From Candidatus Doriopsillibacter californiensis (lineage in GTDB: Bacteria > Pseudomonadota > Gammaproteobacteria > Tethybacterales > Persebacteraceae), in contig JANQAO010000003.1 of assembly GCA_030386295.1 (NCBI GenBank), positions 48,114 through 112,113 on the forward strand: a stretch of 64,000 nucleotides of DNA. Direction: 5' to 3'. The notes under the pieces were generated by a model. That model did not search any database. It saw nothing but the letters and a program-made list of their open reading frames with translations, and was not told the DNA's origin. Positions within the stretch are counted from its first letter, which is position 1; every line of letters begins with the position of its first letter. A program made the position numbers and the translations under genes. Positions 60,582-64,000 of the stretch are shown piece after piece.

Positions 60582-61916
60582 TTAATTATTGTTGTTACTT
60601 GTACCGTAAATGTACTCTGGTAGCCATAGCGCAATTTGCGGGAAAATGATAATCAGAGCTAAGCCGATTAGCTGGATAATCATAAATTGAATCATGCCAT
60701 AGTAAATATCTTTTAAAGGCCATTCCGGTACGACGCCTTTTAAGAAGTATGCTGATAGGGCTACCGGTGGTGACAGCCACGCAGTTTGTAGATTAACGGC
60801 AACCAAAATACCAAACCATAGCAAGTTAATGTCTAATTGTTCAACGAGTGGTATCAAAATTGGCACGATAATCAACACAATTGGAACCCACTCCAGTGGC
60901 CAGCCCAGTAAAAATATTAATGCCATTATGAGCATCAATGTTCCCATTTGGGACAACTCCAAACTGAGTAATAATTCGGTCAGCATTATTGGTGTTCCCA
61001 AACGAGAAAATACCGCACCAAAAAAATTGGATGCTGCCACCAATAATAAGATTAGTGCTGAAATTTCCAAAGTCTTAATCAGCGCATCGTTCATTTTTTT
61101 CCAGGTTAATCGGCGGTATGCTAGCCCTAGTAATAAAGCGCCAAAGGCACCACAGCCAGCTCCCTCGGTTGGCGTGGCAAAACCTAACAAAATACTACCC
61201 AACGCGGAGAACACCAGTAACGATGGTGGCACTAGGCCAAGAAAAAATTCACGCCAAATTTCTCCCATGTTTTCAGCTCGTTCAGCTACTGGCATAGCAG
61301 GACCTAACTTGGGATTAATAATACAGCGACCAACTGCATATAAGGCATATAGTACCGCCATCATGATTCCAGGAATAATGGCGGCAGCAAACAAATCAGT
61401 TACTGGTACTTCAAGTACAGGACCCATTACTACCAGCATGATGGATGGTGGAATAAGAATGCCTAGCGTTCCGCCTGCGGTAATAGTGCCAGCTGTTAAC
61501 CGTATATCGTAGTTGGCACGATTCATTGTTTTTGCTGCCATGATGCCTAAAATCGTCACCGAAGCACCAACAATACCAGTAGCGGCGGCGAAAATAGTAG
61601 AGACAAATAATACAGCTAGGTAGAGTGCACCTCGAACTCTAGACAGCATTAGCCGTACGGCCTCAAATAGCCGTTCCATAAGTCCGGCCTGTTCCATTAG
61701 GATACCCATAAACACAAATAGCGGTACTGCGGCTAATGTCTGTTCCAACATGACGCTGTTAAACTGCAGAGTCATTAAATAAAAAACGACTTTACCGAAT
61801 CCGAGATAACCAAAAACAAAACCTAAAAAGAGCAGAGTAAAAGAAATTGGAAAGCCGATAAAAATTGCAAAGAGCATTACTCCTAGCATAACGAGACCGA
61901 GTATTTCTGGGCTCAT
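60582..61916 (-). CDS. TRAP transporter large permease (DctM; HpsM by context)
   Basis: LAAVPLFVFMG, ATGIVGASV, GTLGILIPPS, TPTEGAG and NLQTAWLSPP motifs. Confidence 0.92.
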   Translation of the reverse strand: MSPEILGLVMLGVMLFAIFIGFPISFTLLFLGFVFGYLGFGKVVFYLMTLQFNSVMLEQTLAAVPLFVFMGILMEQAGLMERLFEAVRLMLSRVRGALYLAVLFVSTIFAAATGIVGASVTILGIMAAKTMNRANYDIRLTAGTITAGGTLGILIPPSIMLVVMGPVLEVPVTDLFAAAIIPGIMMAVLYALYAVGRCIINPKLGPAMPVAERAENMGEIWREFFLGLVPPSLLVFSALGSILLGFATPTEGAGCGAFGALLLGLAYRRLTWKKMNDALIKTLEISALILLLVAASNFFGAVFSRLGTPIMLTELLLSLELSQMGTLMLIMALIFLLGWPLEWVPIVLIIVPILIPLVEQLDINLLWFGILVAVNLQTAWLSPPVALSAYFLKGVVPEWPLKDIYYGMIQFMIIQLIGLALIIIFPQIALWLPEYIYGTSNNNN

Positions 61917-62521
61917 GGCCAAATCCCTCTTGTCATCGCATAATAACTTTTAAGGGCTTCTGATACGCCCTGAATGAGCAACAGCAAGACCCCAATAGGC
62001 ATGGCGCTACGTGCTGGTGCGAGGTAAGGCATCCACGCCGAATCCATGCCACGTTCTCCGCTTTTCCACGCATCAAAAGCATAATCTGAGCATACCCATA
62101 AAAAGATAAGCATGCCGGGAAAGTACAACATAAAATAAAGAAAAAAGTCTACTGTCCCCTGCGTGCGTGGAGACCATAGACGGTATAAAAAGTCGGCGCG
62201 AATATGCACTCCACGCATTAGCGCATAGCCCGAGCCCAACATAAACATAGCACCATAAATCATGCGACTAAGGTCGTATGCCCACATGGTAGGAGCAATG
62301 AAAACGTAGCGGACAAATACCTCATACACCATGGCGGTGAATAACGGTACTGTCATCCAGCAAACAATTTTCCCCACGCGCAAGCTAAATTTGTCAATGC
62401 TGACAATGAGGCGTGCAGCTAGCGGCGACATATCATCGGGAAGACCAGTAGATGAGTCTCGCCGTTCGGCGATTAGTTCATCAACTAAATCAATTTCTGG
62501 TTCATCAGTTTTTTGATTCAT
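61913..62521 (-). CDS. TRAP transporter small permease (DctQ; HpsL by context)
   Basis: YEVFVRYVFIAPTMW, HIRADFLY and LLIQGVSE motifs; four TM segments. Confidence 0.9.
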   Translation of the reverse strand: MNQKTDEPEIDLVDELIAERRDSSTGLPDDMSPLAARLIVSIDKFSLRVGKIVCWMTVPLFTAMVYEVFVRYVFIAPTMWAYDLSRMIYGAMFMLGSGYALMRGVHIRADFLYRLWSPRTQGTVDFFLYFMLYFPGMLIFLWVCSDYAFDAWKSGERGMDSAWMPYLAPARSAMPIGVLLLLIQGVSEALKSYYAMTRGIWP

Positions 62522-62543
62522 GACTCACACTCTCTCTTGTGAC

Positions 62544-62578
62544 AAAAAAAATACCCGCCGCAAAAAAGACGGCGGGTA
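62544..62578 (-). terminator. Stem-loop with U-tract between the TRAP binding-protein gene and the permease genes
   Basis: Minus strand reads TACCCGCCG-(9 nt)-CGGCGGGTA followed by a T-run. Confidence 0.8.
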
Positions 62579-62602
62579 AATAAAGAAAATATTGTTTCTT
62601 TA

Positions 62603-63706
62603 TTATTTTTTGCTTTCCACGTAGGCATTGCCAAGATTGGCATTGGTGGTTTGTGCACCAGCCCAAAATGGAACTGCTACATCGGCAAAGTCACGCATAG
62701 ATGTCCATACTTTGAGGAAGAATGGATTTTCTTTCTTGTGCTTGTCAAAAATGTTACTTACCGCATTCATGTACTCCGGAAAATAATCTTTGGGAGTATC
62801 ATGCAACACCACTCCGTGATTTTCGGTGAGGTCTTTGAGGGCCTTGCCGTTTTCGTAAATACGATACGCCATGGCACGCATCAGAGAAGCATCAGCAGCA
62901 ACTTCCATTGCCCGTTGGTTTTCCGGAGAGATGCTGTTCCACACATCTTTATTGATGTACATGTCAGCATTTACGACCACTTGGTGTAGACCTTGCAGAT
63001 AATAATTTTTGAGGATTTTTTGAAAGCCAAAAACACTATCCGGTTTGGGGCAGCACCACTCAGCAGCGTCAATCGTACCTTTTTCAAGAGCTGGTAAGAT
63101 GTCACCACCACCCATGGCTACGGCTGCTACGCCGATATCGTTATACGCTTGCCCTGGAATTCCTGGAGGAGCACGAAAACGATACTTACGAAAATCATCC
63201 ATGCTGTTAATTGGCTCTTTGAACCAGCCTAGTGCTTCAGGACCAACCGGCTGCAACATTATTCCTTTAACATTGACGCCCATTTCGTCCCACAGTTCGT
63301 TGTACAGCTCTTTGCCGCCACCAAACATGTACCACGACACCCAAGCAATGTTGTCAATGCCCAAGCCGGCACCTGCCGCTGGTGAACCAAACAACATTGT
63401 TGCCGGATGTTTGCCTGACCAGTAATGCGTCCAAGCAAAGCCGCCTTCAACCAACCCTTTGTCTACAGCGTCAAGCGTTTCTTTGACGCCAACGATTGCG
63501 CCAGCTGGCAAAATTTCAATTTCAACTTCGCCGTTGGTGAGAGCTTTGACATTGTCCGCATAATCGCGTAGCATCGTAACTTCATCCGCTTTAGCAGAAA
63601 TTACCGATTGAACTCGGATTTTTGTTTTTGCCGCTGCCGTTAAAGGCATGGCAACTGCTGCTACCGCAAGCGCGACAGTAACACTTTTCATTAAAGAATG
63701 ATTCAT
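62603..63706 (-). CDS. TRAP transporter substrate-binding protein (DctP; HpsK by context)
   Basis: Signal peptide, HYWSGK, GWFKEPI, FRAPPG and ALEKGTIDAAEW motifs; RBS AAGGAG. Confidence 0.92.
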   Translation of the reverse strand: MNHSLMKSVTVALAVAAVAMPLTAAAKTKIRVQSVISAKADEVTMLRDYADNVKALTNGEVEIEILPAGAIVGVKETLDAVDKGLVEGGFAWTHYWSGKHPATMLFGSPAAGAGLGIDNIAWVSWYMFGGGKELYNELWDEMGVNVKGIMLQPVGPEALGWFKEPINSMDDFRKYRFRAPPGIPGQAYNDIGVAAVAMGGGDILPALEKGTIDAAEWCCPKPDSVFGFQKILKNYYLQGLHQVVVNADMYINKDVWNSISPENQRAMEVAADASLMRAMAYRIYENGKALKDLTENHGVVLHDTPKDYFPEYMNAVSNIFDKHKKENPFFLKVWTSMRDFADVAVPFWAGAQTTNANLGNAYVESKK

Positions 63707-64000
63707 GGGTTCTCTTCTCCTTGTAAGTTATGAATATCAAATCTCCCCAAATAGGAGATTTTTCTTATTGTAGCCTATTTGAAACAAACTAGAAGCAAAT
63801 TAGCACAATAAATGGGCTGCGTAATAGTTTAAATCAATATGAATTGATAAATTTAAGGAGCAACACGGAGAAAAATTAGCGGCTTCAAATAGCTAAATCG
63901 CAACTTTCTAAATAAATTAATTCCATCATGTTTTACTATTATTCTGTAGCGCAAATTTATTTGTGTGTGATTGTGGAATGATTAAATATTCAATTTCAAA

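Overview
A 64 kb chromosomal window from a proteobacterium. The gene orders msrB-ispZ-bolA-PPIase, mltG-tmk-holB-tatD and rplU-rpmA-obgE-proB look beta/gammaproteobacterial. A marine and possibly host-associated lifestyle is inferred from the sulfonate genes and the pseudogenes. Bases 1 to about 7.3 kb are accessory: the end of a phage-like tail module (tail-collar fibre gene), then mostly decaying cargo (chimeric remnant, DUF3500, DUF2182, flavin oxidoreductase, a broken GbcA/Stc2-like Rieske oxygenase and a broken malyl-CoA lyase). The rest is mostly housekeeping genes, with tRNA-Val(TAC) and tRNA-Thr(TGT). It also holds a stand-alone SoeA-type sulfite dehydrogenase, a form II CoxSLM-like molybdenum hydroxylase, ComEC and an intact DHPS (2,3-dihydroxypropane-1-sulfonate) uptake and catabolism operon, hpsKLMNOP plus a ComC-like gene. 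Several operons are split: soeA without soeBC, gltD without gltB, rsxAB without rsxCDGE, nusA without rimP. At least six pseudogenes or remnants are visible. The best candidates for something undescribed are a structured 5' leader of ahcY that does not match the canonical SAH riboswitch, an uncharacterised 2OG-Fe(II)-type oxygenase sitting where gltB normally is, and a moaE-rsxA-rsxB unit. I saw no rRNA, CRISPR array, intact IS or DGR. All family calls come from motif recognition by eye, not database searches.
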